A stretch of DNA of 64,000 bases from positions 192,001 through 256,000 of the forward strand of contig CAWAWS010000033.1 of the NCBI GenBank assembly GCA_963785725.1. The letters are read 5' to 3'. Made by a program: the position numbers and the translations under genes. This document shows positions 36,110 through 48,043 of this stretch, in pieces (positions within the stretch are counted from its first letter, which is position 1; every line of letters starts with the position of its first letter). The stretch comes from an uncultured delta proteobacterium. GTDB lineage: Bacteria; Myxococcota_A; Polyangia; Palsa-1104. The notes under the pieces are model-generated. The model made no database searches. It saw only the letters and a list, made by a program, of their open reading frames with translations, and was not told the DNA's origin.

Positions 36110-37264
36110 TCAAGCCGCCGCGTCGGGCGACACGCGCCTCTCGGTCGTGGGCTCGACGCGGCGGCGCAGCGCCGGTCGCGCGCCGGCGCCGTTCATTTGG
36201 CGCTCGAGCCAGCGCTGCGCCGGCTGCTCGACGGTCAGGTGGAACGTCAAGCCGACGCCGTAAACCAACAGTCCGAAGACGACGACGAAGTGTAAGCCGC
36301 CGAGCGGCAGCGCCGCCGCGAGCACGAGGTACATGAGCGGCATCTGCAAGATGTAGATGTCGTAGCTGGCGCGCCCGAGGCCGCGCAGCGGTCGCGAGCC
36401 GAGGACGCGACCGACCAGCCCGCGCGCGCCGGCCGCCGACCAGACGATGGCGCCGAAGCAGGGCATCAAGAGCGCGTTGTGGACGAGCGCGAACGGCAAG
36501 CGATCAGACAGCGACAGCGTCGCGGCGGCGACCGCCAGCGCCAGCGCGCCCAGCCAAGGCCGCGAACGGCGCGCCGGGTCGAACGAGAGGCCGAGCGTGA
36601 CGCCGAAGGCGAGCTCGGGCAGCCGCGCCGGCGGCCAGAACTTCAGGAAACCGAGGTAGAAGGCGTTGCTGTCGGGGCCGACGACGCCGTCGGGCGCGAT
36701 CGCGCTGTAGCCGCCGGCGATGACGAGCGCCGACGCCCAAATCGCCGCTAAAAGCCAGCGTCGCCGCGCCGCCGACAAGCCGGCGATGGCGCGGATCAGC
36801 GACGGCAAGACGAGGTAGAACGCGACCTCGATGGAGATGCTCCACGCCGGCAGATTCCACGTCAGCGCCACCGGCGGCCACCACGCCTGCAGAAACAGCA
36901 GCTGCAACACGCCGCCGAGCGGGTTGGCGACCACGTTCGCGTCGTGCCGCCACGCCAGCGGCACGAGCACGACGAGCGCGGCCAGATACGCCGGCAACAG
37001 CCGCGAGATTCGGCGGACGAGAAAGCGGCGATGGTCGAACGCGCGGCCGTCGCTGTCGAGGATGCGCGGACCGTAGCTGAGCGCGAGCACGAAGCCCGAG
37101 AGCACGTAAAAGAACGAGACGCCGACGAAGCCGCTGCCGCCGAGCGCGCGCAGCCAACGCGGCGCCGTCGTCAAGAGCGGGCGGCCGAAGTGAAAGAAGA
37201 AGACGTAGAGCGACACGAAGGGCCGCAGCCCCGTCAGCGCGTCGATGCGGCGCTCGGGATTCAT
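36110..37264 (-). CDS. Acyltransferase family 3 (OafA-like) membrane protein
   Basis: RIDALTGLR, GVSFFYVLSGFVL, WSISIEVAFYL, LGRASYDIY, VEQP. Confidence 0.92.
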   Translation of the reverse strand: MNPERRIDALTGLRPFVSLYVFFFHFGRPLLTTAPRWLRALGGSGFVGVSFFYVLSGFVLALSYGPRILDSDGRAFDHRRFLVRRISRLLPAYLAALVVLVPLAWRHDANVVANPLGGVLQLLFLQAWWPPVALTWNLPAWSISIEVAFYLVLPSLIRAIAGLSAARRRWLLAAIWASALVIAGGYSAIAPDGVVGPDSNAFYLGFLKFWPPARLPELAFGVTLGLSFDPARRSRPWLGALALAVAAATLSLSDRLPFALVHNALLMPCFGAIVWSAAGARGLVGRVLGSRPLRGLGRASYDIYILQMPLMYLVLAAALPLGGLHFVVVFGLLVYGVGLTFHLTVEQPAQRWLERQMNGAGARPALRRRVEPTTERRVSPDAAA

Positions 37265-37835
37265 GCGGCGACGGTGTCACGCGCGCGCTGAACGCCGCGC
37301 GGCAGCTCGGCGACGTCGCCATTGCAGCTCTGCGCCGTTTCGGCCACGAGCGGCTGTCGCGCGGCCGAAAGCGTGCGACCTCGAGCCATCGCACAGGACG
37401 CATCGCCGCCGAATGTGACGCGGCCGATTCGGCGCATCGACGGGATCGCGAATCATGACCGCGCATACGTGCATTTGCCGTCGCGTAGCGATCGGCGTCT
37501 CGCGTTCGGTGTAGGTTCGGATCGAGCGCGAACCTAGAAGGACGCGCAGTCGTGCACATCAGATCTGCCCGCGCACAATCATTAAACACTAGCTGCTCTC
37601 AAACGTTAGATAACCCGCAAATATTTGGGATCACGTGGTCTTTTGCTACGGTCGACGTTGCCAATCGCTACGCCGCGCGCGCGCTCGAGTGCATTTGAAT
37701 CGCGCGGTAAGCGGCTAACTTTCGACCGCAATTTTACGCTTCGGTGATCGCTCGCTCACGCTGGCGTGTCGATTGCTCAGTCGCGCCGCCGCACAGCACT
37801 TCCTGTCTACATCCATTGGAATTCGGGAGGACGGC

Positions 37836-39041
37836 ATGACGCGCAAGAGAATCAATACGGCATTGTTCGTATCCATCGTATGCGTCGCGGGCTGCAGCGG
37901 TGAGCCGGCGGAGGAGAGCAACAGCGTCGAGGCGGAGATCGCGGCCATCGTCCCGCATTCGTTCGCGCGCGTCTGCGATGCGCCGACCGAAGAGGGCCAC
38001 GCCAGCTGCCACGCGCTCGTGCGCACCGACGAGAGCGGCATCGTGCCGTTCGCCACGACAGTCAGCGGATTCGGCCCGACGGATCTGGCCAGCGCTTACA
38101 AGCTCAACACGGCCGGCGGCAGCGGCGCCACCATCGCCATCGTCGACGCGTATGACGATCCGAACGCCGAGAGCGACCTGGCGTTCTATCGTTCGCACTT
38201 TGGTTTGCCCGCTTGCACCACCGCCAATGGCTGCTTCAAGAAGGTCAATGAGAAGGGCCAGACGACTTCATTGCCGGCGGCCAACAGCGGTTGGGCCAGC
38301 GAGATCGCCCTCGACATCGAAATGGCGTCGGCCGTCTGCCCGAAGTGCAAGATCATCCTCGTCGAGGCCTCGTCGACGAGCTTCGCCGACCTGGGCGCGG
38401 GCGTGAACGCGGCCGTCAGCCTCGGCGCCACCGTCGTCAGCAATAGCTACGGCGGCAGCGAGAGCTCGGGCGAAACCAGCTCCGACACCTATTACAATCA
38501 TCCCGGCGTCGGCATCTTCGTGTCGTCGGGCGATGGCGGTTACGGCGTCGAATATCCGGCCGCGTCGAAGTACGTGACCGCGGTCGGCGGCACGTCGCTG
38601 GCGAAGTCGTCGGCGTCGCGCGGCTGGGTCGAGTCGGTGTGGGGCTCGGCCAAGAACACGAACGGCGGCGCCGGCTCGGGCTGCTCGAAGTACGAGACGA
38701 AGCCGTCGTATCAAAAAGACAGCGGCTGCACGAAGCGCACGGTCGCCGACGTCTCGGCGGTCGCCGATCCGAACACCGGCGTCGCCGTTTACGACACGTA
38801 CGGTGGCAAGGGCTGGGCCGTCTACGGCGGCACGTCGGTGGCGTCGCCGATCGTCGCCAGCATCCACGCGCTCGCCGGCCACGGCGCAGACTCGCTCGGC
38901 CTCTCTTACGCGCATCCGAGCTGGTTCTTCGACGTCACCTCGGGCACCAACGGCAACTGCAGCGGCTCCTATTTGTGCACGGGCGAAGTCGGCTACGACG
39001 GCCCGACTGGCAACGGCACGCCCGACGTCGCCGCCTGGTAA
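37836..39041 (+). CDS. S53/S8 subtilase-like serine protease lipoprotein
   Basis: GGGAGG RBS, lipobox VAGC, EIALDIE, VSNSYG, SSGDGG, GGTSVASP, YDGPTGNG. Confidence 0.9.
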   Translation: MTRKRINTALFVSIVCVAGCSGEPAEESNSVEAEIAAIVPHSFARVCDAPTEEGHASCHALVRTDESGIVPFATTVSGFGPTDLASAYKLNTAGGSGATIAIVDAYDDPNAESDLAFYRSHFGLPACTTANGCFKKVNEKGQTTSLPAANSGWASEIALDIEMASAVCPKCKIILVEASSTSFADLGAGVNAAVSLGATVVSNSYGGSESSGETSSDTYYNHPGVGIFVSSGDGGYGVEYPAASKYVTAVGGTSLAKSSASRGWVESVWGSAKNTNGGAGSGCSKYETKPSYQKDSGCTKRTVADVSAVADPNTGVAVYDTYGGKGWAVYGGTSVASPIVASIHALAGHGADSLGLSYAHPSWFFDVTSGTNGNCSGSYLCTGEVGYDGPTGNGTPDVAAW

Positions 39042-39184
39042 ACCGCTAGTCGCCGCAGCGTTTCGACCGCCGTAACCGCTTCCGCTCGTCTTCCATTCAG
39101 CGCAGCTTCCCGCCGACCGTCGATTCCGGCGCGAGAAATCGTGGCCTCGGTGCGACTTTGGCGGGACAGCGTCCTCCTGATCAC

Positions 39185-39850
39185 ATGAGGCCGGCGCGCC
39201 GCCGTTCGGGCAGGCTCGACACGCACAGGCTGCCGTGGCTGCGGCACCTCGTCGTCGTCGTGGTCGCCGCGAGCGCGCTGGCCGGGTCCGCCGACGAAGC
39301 GAGCGATCGCCAGGCGCGCGCGTTGTCGACCGAGGGGCTGACGCAGTTCAAGCGCGGCCACTATGCGGAGGCGATCGCGGCGTTTCAGGCGTCCTACGCG
39401 CTGTCGCCGCTGCCGCCGCTCCTCTTCGACGCCGCGCAGGCGTATCGTCTATTGGGTCGGTGCGACGACGCGCTGACGCTCTATCGCCGCTATCTGGACG
39501 ACGCGCCGGACGCGCCCAATCGCGCCGCAGCCGCGGCGCGCGCCGTCGAGATGGAGCGCTGTGCGCGCGCCGAGCGGTCGGCCGCATCGGCGCTCGCGCC
39601 CAGCGTCGCCGCGGCCGAGCCGGCGGCGCCACTGTCGATCGCGCCCGTCGTCGCGCTGACGCCGCCGCCGACACCGATCGAGCGGCGTCGCCGGCCGGCT
39701 TACCGGGCGTGGTGGCTGTGGACGACCGTCGGCGGCGTCGTCGCCGCCGCGGTCGTGGCCGGCGCGGTCGTCGCCAGCGAGCGCCCGACGTTTCACGCGA
39801 CGCTGCCCGGCCCGACGCCGACGAACGCGGCGCTGCGCGTGCGCTTCTGA
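39185..39850 (+). CDS. TPR protein with C-terminal hydrophobic segment
   Basis: G..QFKRGHYAEAIAAF..SY, LLFDAAQAYR, YRRYL; WWLWTTVGGVV. Confidence 0.75.
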   Translation: MRPARRRSGRLDTHRLPWLRHLVVVVVAASALAGSADEASDRQARALSTEGLTQFKRGHYAEAIAAFQASYALSPLPPLLFDAAQAYRLLGRCDDALTLYRRYLDDAPDAPNRAAAAARAVEMERCARAERSAASALAPSVAAAEPAAPLSIAPVVALTPPPTPIERRRRPAYRAWWLWTTVGGVVAAAVVAGAVVASERPTFHATLPGPTPTNAALRVRF

Positions 39851-40731
39851 TGCGCGGCCTCACCCTCCTCGCCTTCGCCTTCATGCTCGCCGGCTGCAAG
39901 CTGCTGCCGCAAAATGGCTACGCCGTCGACGTCACGATCGTGCGCGCTCCGTCGCTGCCGGCGACGACGTGGAGCCAGATCGCGTCGCTGGCGCTGCACG
40001 TCGGCGGCGCCGAGCAGGACGCTTGGCCGGCCAACGACGTCCACTTGGCAGACGCCGCCACGTTCATCTATCCCGTCCACGCCGCCGGCGGCATGCTGAC
40101 GTTCACCATCGATGGCAGCGACGGCAACGGCGCCCTCGTCGCGCGCGGCGCGGGCGTCGTCACGCTGCGGCCGGGGCGCACGATGTTCCTGACCGTCCCG
40201 CTCGCGCCCGCTACGGCATCGACGGACCTCGGCACCGTCGATTCAGCCGCACCCGATCCGAATGTCGTCGATCTGCTGCCGGCCGATCCCGTCGACTGCA
40301 GCGCGGCTTGCGGCCACCTGACCAGCTGCGGCTCGCATCAAGCCGCCGGCGACTGCCTGGCGATGTGCGACAAAGCGCCGGCCATGCTCGCGTGCGCCGC
40401 CCAGGCCACCACGTGCAACGACTACGCGCTCTGCGCTTTTACGCAGCTCGCCGCCTTGACGTGCAAAGGCAACGGCGGCATTCCCAGCGGCGACGCCGGC
40501 TGCCGCGACACGACGATGTGCGAAGGCGTGTGCAACGAGACCGCGCCCGGCCCCGCCTGCACGTGCAAATGCAACAGCCAGCTAGATCCCGCGCAAGCGA
40601 TCGACAGCTGGGTGCACATCACCTGCGCCGGCGCCGAGTGCTACCAGTGCATGCCCGACATGTTCAACGGCGCTCAATGCGACGCCTGCGCGCGCAACGT
40701 CTGCGGCAGCGACGCCTGCTTGGCCCACTAA
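39850..40731 (+). CDS. Cys-rich lipoprotein
   Basis: TGATG coupling to the TPR gene, lipobox LAGC, Cys-dense C-terminal half. Confidence 0.7.
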   Translation: MRGLTLLAFAFMLAGCKLLPQNGYAVDVTIVRAPSLPATTWSQIASLALHVGGAEQDAWPANDVHLADAATFIYPVHAAGGMLTFTIDGSDGNGALVARGAGVVTLRPGRTMFLTVPLAPATASTDLGTVDSAAPDPNVVDLLPADPVDCSAACGHLTSCGSHQAAGDCLAMCDKAPAMLACAAQATTCNDYALCAFTQLAALTCKGNGGIPSGDAGCRDTTMCEGVCNETAPGPACTCKCNSQLDPAQAIDSWVHITCAGAECYQCMPDMFNGAQCDACARNVCGSDACLAH

Positions 40732-40761
40732 GTCAACATGTTGAGATGCATCTTCAGCCGC

Positions 40762-42357
<1,596 letters not shown>

Positions 42358-42427
42358 GGAGGCCAGACTATAACAACCCGATAGCGCTCGAAACCGCCAA
42401 GCAGGGCCATTTGCCGCGTGTGTTATC

Positions 42428-43315
42428 GTGCGCGCAATGTTGGCGGAGGCGGCGGTAGCGGCTTTTTGGGATGCGCTCGATGAACCGGCGCGCCTGCGCC
42501 TCCGCGCCGCGACGGCCGCGACGACCCTGGCGGTGACGGCCGCGTGGACGCGCGCGCAGGCCGCGTGGCCCGACGTGCGCGTGCCGGCCGAGCGCTTTTG
42601 TGCCTATTTTGCCGCGCATATTGGCGACAGCGTCGCGCTCGAGCCGCTGCGCGCCGAGGATCTCTATCTCGCCTGCGGCTGCATCGACGGCGACGCGGCC
42701 GCGCTGCAAGCCTTCGAGGATGCGCTCGCCGAAGTGGCCAACAAGCTGCGCAGCACCGCCCGCAACGACGACGTCCTCGGCGAGGCCAAGCAGCTGACGC
42801 GCCAGCTGCTCGTCGCGCGCGGCGATTGCCCGCCGGCGCTGGCCGATTACGCCGGACGCGGCGACCTGCGCGGCTGGCTGCGCGTCGCGCTCGGTCGCGA
42901 GCTCGTGCGCCTCATGCGCGCGGCCGAGAAGTCGCCGCGGCTGGCGACGGGCGAGCAAGCGCTCGTCGTCGATCGCGCCGACGATCCGGAGACGGCGTAT
43001 CTGAAGACGCACTATCGCGAGGCGTTCAAGGCCGCCTTCGCCGACGCGCTGGCGCAGCTCGATCCCGACGATCGTCGCCTCTTGCGCTACGCCATCATCG
43101 AGCGGCTGAGCATCGACGACATCGCGCGGCTCGATCGCGTGCACCGCGCGACGGCGGCGCGGCAGGTCGTGCGCGCGCGCGAGCGGCTCGTCGCAGAGAC
43201 GCGGCGCGTGCTCGGCGAGCGGCTGCGCCTCGACGGCGATCGGCTACAGAGCATCTTCGGCCTCATCGAAAGCCAAGTGGACGTCAGCGTGCAGCGCCTG
43301 CTCGTCGGCGCCTGA
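42428..43315 (+). CDS. Myxococcales-type sigma-70/ECF-like transcription factor
   Basis: DLYLACGC..GD..AL, YAGRGDLRGWLRV, DPE..YLK..Y, LSIDDIA...VHRATAAR; divergent from a kinase. Confidence 0.85.
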   Translation: MRAMLAEAAVAAFWDALDEPARLRLRAATAATTLAVTAAWTRAQAAWPDVRVPAERFCAYFAAHIGDSVALEPLRAEDLYLACGCIDGDAAALQAFEDALAEVANKLRSTARNDDVLGEAKQLTRQLLVARGDCPPALADYAGRGDLRGWLRVALGRELVRLMRAAEKSPRLATGEQALVVDRADDPETAYLKTHYREAFKAAFADALAQLDPDDRRLLRYAIIERLSIDDIARLDRVHRATAARQVVRARERLVAETRRVLGERLRLDGDRLQSIFGLIESQVDVSVQRLLVGA

Positions 43316-43350
43316 CGCCGCCGACCTCCAGGCGCGGCCGCCGGCGTCAG
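43312..43350. terminator. Hairpin spanning two convergent stop codons
   Basis: ctgacgccg/cggcgtcag 9-bp inverted repeat. Confidence 0.35.
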
Positions 43351-43940
43351 CGCTTGGCAGCGGCCTCCCATTCGACCAGCGGCTCCGTCGGATCGACGAT
43401 GACGACGACCGGCGAGGCCACCGCTTCGACGTCGATGACGATCTCGACTTTGTCGCCGAGCGCCAAGCCGCCGCTGTCGAGGATCTGGTTGAAGGTCATG
43501 CCGAACGCCTTACGACTGATGCTCGTGCGCGCCGCGAAGCCGACGCGATCGCCGGCCGCCGGATCGCGCAAGCGGCCGCCGAACTCCACGTCGAGCACGA
43601 CGGCGCGCGTGACGCCGCGCAACGTCAGGTCGCCGTGCAGCTGGCAGCGGCGGTCGTCGGCGGCCTCGACGGCGGTCGAGCGAAACGTCAGCGTGGGAAA
43701 GCGATCGGCGTCGAAGAAGTCGCGGCCGCATAGGTGGCCGTCACGACGCGCGTCGCCGGTGTCGATGCTGGCGACGTCGATCTGCGCCTCCGCCGCGCCG
43801 CCGGCGAGGCCGGCGTCGTCGACGAGCAGCGTGCCCGACCAGCTGCGAAAGGCGCCCCGCACGCGCGACACCAGCATGTGGCGGACGTAGAAGCTGATGT
43901 CGGAGTGGATCGTGTCGACGATGAACTTCTTGAGCGCCAT
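43347..43940 (-). CDS. YceI-family lipid/polyisoprenoid-binding protein
   Basis: HSDISFYVRHM, IDVASIDTG..RDGHL, DFFD...FP, GDLTLRGVT. Confidence 0.92.
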   Translation of the reverse strand: MALKKFIVDTIHSDISFYVRHMLVSRVRGAFRSWSGTLLVDDAGLAGGAAEAQIDVASIDTGDARRDGHLCGRDFFDADRFPTLTFRSTAVEAADDRRCQLHGDLTLRGVTRAVVLDVEFGGRLRDPAAGDRVGFAARTSISRKAFGMTFNQILDSGGLALGDKVEIVIDVEAVASPVVVIVDPTEPLVEWEAAAKR

Positions 43941-44098
43941 GCGGATCGCCCAACATTGCAGCCGCCGCGCCAACGACGAACGCCCGCGATCGCCCGGCCA
44001 TCTACGCGTAAATTGGCGCTGACTGTCGCGAGCCGCAGGGTTTGGGCGCAGCGGTGCCGCGAGAGCCGACAGCGGCTGTCGCTATTTCCGACAGCGGC

Positions 44099-44584
44099 TC
44101 AGCGGGGCACGCTCGTCCGCGGGATGTCGTTGGCGCAGTAAAGACTGCGATGATCGAGCGTCAAGTCGCTGCAGAGCGCGGCCGGCGAATGGTCTCGCGG
44201 CGTCGTCGTCGCGCAGCCGCCGACCGCCGCCAGCGAGGCCAACCCCGCCAGCACCACCGCCGTGCGCATCGTGTTCTTGCCGATCCGCGACAGCCGCGAG
44301 GGCGCCGGCGTCGTCGGCCGCATCGCCCGCTGCGTCGCGAGGTCGCGGTCTTCGGCGCGGGCGCGCATGCGGCGCCAGGTCATCGTCACCGCCAGCGTCA
44401 CCAGGCTGATCGCGCTCAACACGAGGCCCAGCATCGACACCTCCGGCACCGCCGTCCAGATCGCGCGTCCGACGCGCACCGTGCGGCCGAGGCCGATGCG
44501 AATGGCGACGAGGTCGAGGCTCATGACGCCGAGAATCAAGATGCCGCTGACATTCGCGAAGCCGCCGTCTCGTCTCATGTTCAT
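44099..44584 (-). CDS. Hypothetical membrane/lipoprotein (possibly only the 3' part from 44269)
   Basis: Hydrophobic segments; internal MRTAVVLAGLASLAAVGGC lipoprotein-like signal. Confidence 0.35.
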   Translation of the reverse strand: MNMRRDGGFANVSGILILGVMSLDLVAIRIGLGRTVRVGRAIWTAVPEVSMLGLVLSAISLVTLAVTMTWRRMRARAEDRDLATQRAMRPTTPAPSRLSRIGKNTMRTAVVLAGLASLAAVGGCATTTPRDHSPAALCSDLTLDHRSLYCANDIPRTSVPR

Positions 44585-44807
44585 TCTCCGCGCTGCCGTT
44601 GACTTCGGCTTAAGCAGGCTCCGTGCCGTTTCGCAAACCCGCGGCCGCTGCGGGTTTGAGCGCCCGGCTGTCGTGTTTGCCTGCGTCCGGCGCCTGTCGA
44701 GAAGCGAACAGCGCGCCGATTCGTCGACACCGCCAATGATTCGTGTGTGCGCAAGGTCGCGCGCGCAATGGCGCGCACCTGAGACGAGCGTCGACTCGGT
44801 CGGAGGG

Positions 44808-45296
44808 TTACTCGGCGGCGCGCTTCAAGGCGGCGATGTCGAGCTTGACCATCTTCATCATCGCCTGCATGACGCGGTTGGCGCGCGCCGGATCGGCGTT
44901 GCCGATGAGCTCGCCCATCTCGCGCGGCACGATCTGCCAGCTGACGCCGAAGCGATCGTGGAGCCAGCCACAGGCGACGGGCGAGCCGCCATCGGCGATG
45001 AGCTTGTCCCACAATTCGTCGATCTCGGCTTGCGTCTCACAGTCGACCGACAACGACATGGCGTCGCTGAATTTGCCCTGGAACTGCGCGCCGGCGTTCA
45101 AGGCGACGAAGCGCTGTCCGTCGAGCTCGAAGGCGACCGTCAACACCGTGCCTTTGGGCAGCGGCTGATTGTCGCCGTAATGCGAGACGCTGACGATCTT
45201 CGAATGTTTGAAGAGCGAGACATAAAACCTGGCGGCCTCTTCGGCGCGCGATTCGTAAGTGAGAAAGGTGGTGATCTTTTGCGTCGTCGTGGGCAT
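44808..45296 (-). CDS. VOC/PhnB family protein
   Basis: KITTFL, AEEAARFY, FVALNAG, CGWLHDRFGVSWQIVP, AMMKMVKLDI. Confidence 0.93.
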   Translation of the reverse strand: MPTTTQKITTFLTYESRAEEAARFYVSLFKHSKIVSVSHYGDNQPLPKGTVLTVAFELDGQRFVALNAGAQFQGKFSDAMSLSVDCETQAEIDELWDKLIADGGSPVACGWLHDRFGVSWQIVPREMGELIGNADPARANRVMQAMMKMVKLDIAALKRAAE

Positions 45297-45358
45297 TGGT
45301 CACTCCTGTTGACGGAATATAGACCAGCCCGCGAACGGACCGCGGCGGCGAAGCGACG

Positions 45359-47845
45359 TCAATGCGCGAAGTGCGGCTTGGCCGGATTGGCCCAGTTGCC
45401 GTGCCATTTGACGTAGAGATCGTCGAGCATCGCTTCCCATTCGGTGCGCGTGCGCAGATCGGGAAAAGGCTCGGGCGCGATCAGCGACTTCGAATCGGCG
45501 ATGACGACGAAGCGATTGCCGGGAACGATGCGGCCGACGCGAAACGGCTTCCACGTATGATTGTTACTGGGATCGATGCGGATATCGGCGCCGGGCGCGT
45601 CGAAATGCTGCCCTTTGATGGCCTGGCGAATCGCGCGCACGTCGGTCGAGCCGGCGGCGCGCACGGCCTGCGCCCACAAATAGACGCCGTCATAAGCCGC
45701 CTCCATCGGATCGTTGATGCTGCGCTGCGCGCCATAAAGGGCGTGAAAACGCGCCTCGAAGGCGCGGTTCTGCGGCCGATCGACGCTCTCGAAGTAGTTC
45801 CAGGCCGCATAATCGCCGACCAGCTCGATGCCGTGCATCTCCGAGAGCTCGCCTTCGCCGATGCTGAACGACATCGTCGGCAGCTTCTTGGGCGTGAACC
45901 CGGCGGCGCGCAACGCGCGAAAGAACGCGATATTCGAGTCACCGTTGATGGTATTCAAAATGATATCGGGTGACGCGGCGGCGATCTTCTTGATGATGGC
46001 GGCGACGTCGGTATCGCCGAGCAATAGATATTCCTCGCCGACGATGGTCGCGCCCAGTCGGCGCGCTTCATCGCGAATGATGGCGTTGGCGGCGCGCGGA
46101 AACACATAGTCGGAGCCGACGAGAAACAGCTTGTTGCGCTTGAGCTTCTGCACGACCCAATCGGTCGCGGGGATGACCTGCTGATTGGGCGCGGCGCCGA
46201 GATAAATGATATTGAGCGAATCTTCCAAGCCTTCGTATTGCACGGGATACATCAACAAATGATCGTAGCGCTCGACGATGGGGCGCATGGATTTGCGGCT
46301 CGCCGACGTCCAGCCGCCGAACAGCGTCGCCACTTTTTCGACGGTGATGAGGCGCTCGGCCTCTTTGGCGAACGTCGGCCAGTCGGAGCGGCCGTCGGCG
46401 ATGATGGGCGCGATGCGGCGGCCGAGCACGCCGCCGTTGTCGTTGATCTCGCGGATGGCGAGCAGCGTGGCGTCGACGACGGGGCGCTCGCTGAACGCCA
46501 TCGTGCCCGACATCGAGTGCAAGATGCCGATGGGAATCGGCGGGCCGGCGACGACGGCCGCGCTGGTCGCCGCGTTCGGCGTCGGCGCGCGATGGCGCCA
46601 GGCGTATAGGCTGCAGAGCGCGAAGAGCACGATGACCGCGCCCAACAGCACACCGTGGCCGCGCGACGACGCCGGCGCCTGCGGCGCGCGCGCGGTGTGG
46701 CGGTTCGTCGTCGGCCTTCCCGTGCGGCGCGGCGTGGCCGTCGCCAGGTTTTCGCCGGCCCACGTCACCGAGCTGTCGGCGCTCAAGAAGCGCCATTCGA
46801 TGTCGGTGTCGGCCGCCGGCGCGTCGGCGAGCAGCTGCTCGAGGTCGGCGCGCATGGCGGCCGCGCTCGGGTAGCGATCGGCCGGCTCTTTCGCCGTCGC
46901 GCGCTTCAGAATGTCGACGCAGCCATCCGGCATCGCGGCTTTCTTGCGTGGATCGGGCAGCTGCTCGTGCACGTGCGCGTACATGATCTGCGTCGCGCCG
47001 CCGAGCGTAAAAGGCGGCTCGCCGGCGAGCAGCGCGTAGTAGGTGGCGCCGAGCGAATAGACGTCGCTGCGGGCGTCGATGGTGCCGACGCGAACTTGCT
47101 CGGGGCTCATGAAATCGGGCGTGCCCAATTGCATGCCGGGCTGGGTCGTGCCGCTGTCGTGCAAGACCTCCTTGGCGAGCCCGAAGTCGACCAGCTTGGC
47201 CGCGCCGCTCGACGAGCACAGAATATTGTCGGGCTTGACGTCGCGATGCACGAGGCCCGCCTGATGCGCGGCTTCGAGCGCGCTGGCGCAGTCGGCGACG
47301 ATGCGCGTGGCCTCCGCCCAATGCAGCGCGCCGTGCTGCGCGATGAAGCTGGCGGCGCTGCCTTGGCGCAAGAGCTCCATGACGATGAACGGCGAATCGC
47401 CCTCCAGCATCGTGTCGTAGATGGCGACGACGTGCGGATGATTGAGCCGCCCCGCCGCCTGCGCCTCGCCGACGAAGCGCTTGAGCGCCGACGGTGCCTT
47501 CAACAGCTCGAGCGGCAGGAACTTGATGGCGACGCGACGGCCGATGACCGAATCCTCGGCTTCGTAGACCGAGCCCATGCCGCCGCGACCGAGCACGCGC
47601 AGGATGCGATAGCGACCGAACTTGGCGTCGATGCGCGCGTCGTCGGCGCTGCGATCGCGCTCGGCTTCACTTGTGCCGTCGGACGGGATGCGACCGGGCG
47701 TCAAGACGGATGGCCGGGCGCCGATCGTCTTGCCCGAAGCGCCGGCGCCGGGTGGATCGTCGGAGTCTCCGCGATCCTTTGCACCCGACATGTTATTACG
47801 ATTCCCGAGGTCAGACATCGAGTCAAGCAGGGAGCCAACTTCCAC
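45359..47845 (-). CDS. Ser/Thr kinase fused via a TM to an UrtA/AmiC-like periplasmic binding domain
   Basis: LGRGGMGSV, HRDVKPDN, DFG, GTPDFMSPEQ; then GILHSMSGTMA.SE, GGWTSASRK, YPVQYEGLE, GSDYVFPR. Start uncertain. Confidence 0.93.
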   Translation of the reverse strand: MEVGSLLDSMSDLGNRNNMSGAKDRGDSDDPPGAGASGKTIGARPSVLTPGRIPSDGTSEAERDRSADDARIDAKFGRYRILRVLGRGGMGSVYEAEDSVIGRRVAIKFLPLELLKAPSALKRFVGEAQAAGRLNHPHVVAIYDTMLEGDSPFIVMELLRQGSAASFIAQHGALHWAEATRIVADCASALEAAHQAGLVHRDVKPDNILCSSSGAAKLVDFGLAKEVLHDSGTTQPGMQLGTPDFMSPEQVRVGTIDARSDVYSLGATYYALLAGEPPFTLGGATQIMYAHVHEQLPDPRKKAAMPDGCVDILKRATAKEPADRYPSAAAMRADLEQLLADAPAADTDIEWRFLSADSSVTWAGENLATATPRRTGRPTTNRHTARAPQAPASSRGHGVLLGAVIVLFALCSLYAWRHRAPTPNAATSAAVVAGPPIPIGILHSMSGTMAFSERPVVDATLLAIREINDNGGVLGRRIAPIIADGRSDWPTFAKEAERLITVEKVATLFGGWTSASRKSMRPIVERYDHLLMYPVQYEGLEDSLNIIYLGAAPNQQVIPATDWVVQKLKRNKLFLVGSDYVFPRAANAIIRDEARRLGATIVGEEYLLLGDTDVAAIIKKIAAASPDIILNTINGDSNIAFFRALRAAGFTPKKLPTMSFSIGEGELSEMHGIELVGDYAAWNYFESVDRPQNRAFEARFHALYGAQRSINDPMEAAYDGVYLWAQAVRAAGSTDVRAIRQAIKGQHFDAPGADIRIDPSNNHTWKPFRVGRIVPGNRFVVIADSKSLIAPEPFPDLRTRTEWEAMLDDLYVKWHGNWANPAKPHFAH

Positions 47846-48043
47846 GGCCGTCGATCGTCATTTCTGAAGTAACCAGCAGGTAAACTGCGCAAATTCTGCG
47901 TCGCGCTCATCCATTCGGGTGCTGCTCGTCGCTGCGAAATCGGCGGTCGTGCTCGTCGACGATCGGCGCACGCGCAGTCGCGAACGCCTAGAAAATTCCA
48001 CACGCACCGCGCAGCTCTCACGCGCTATCGGTATCGAGAACGG

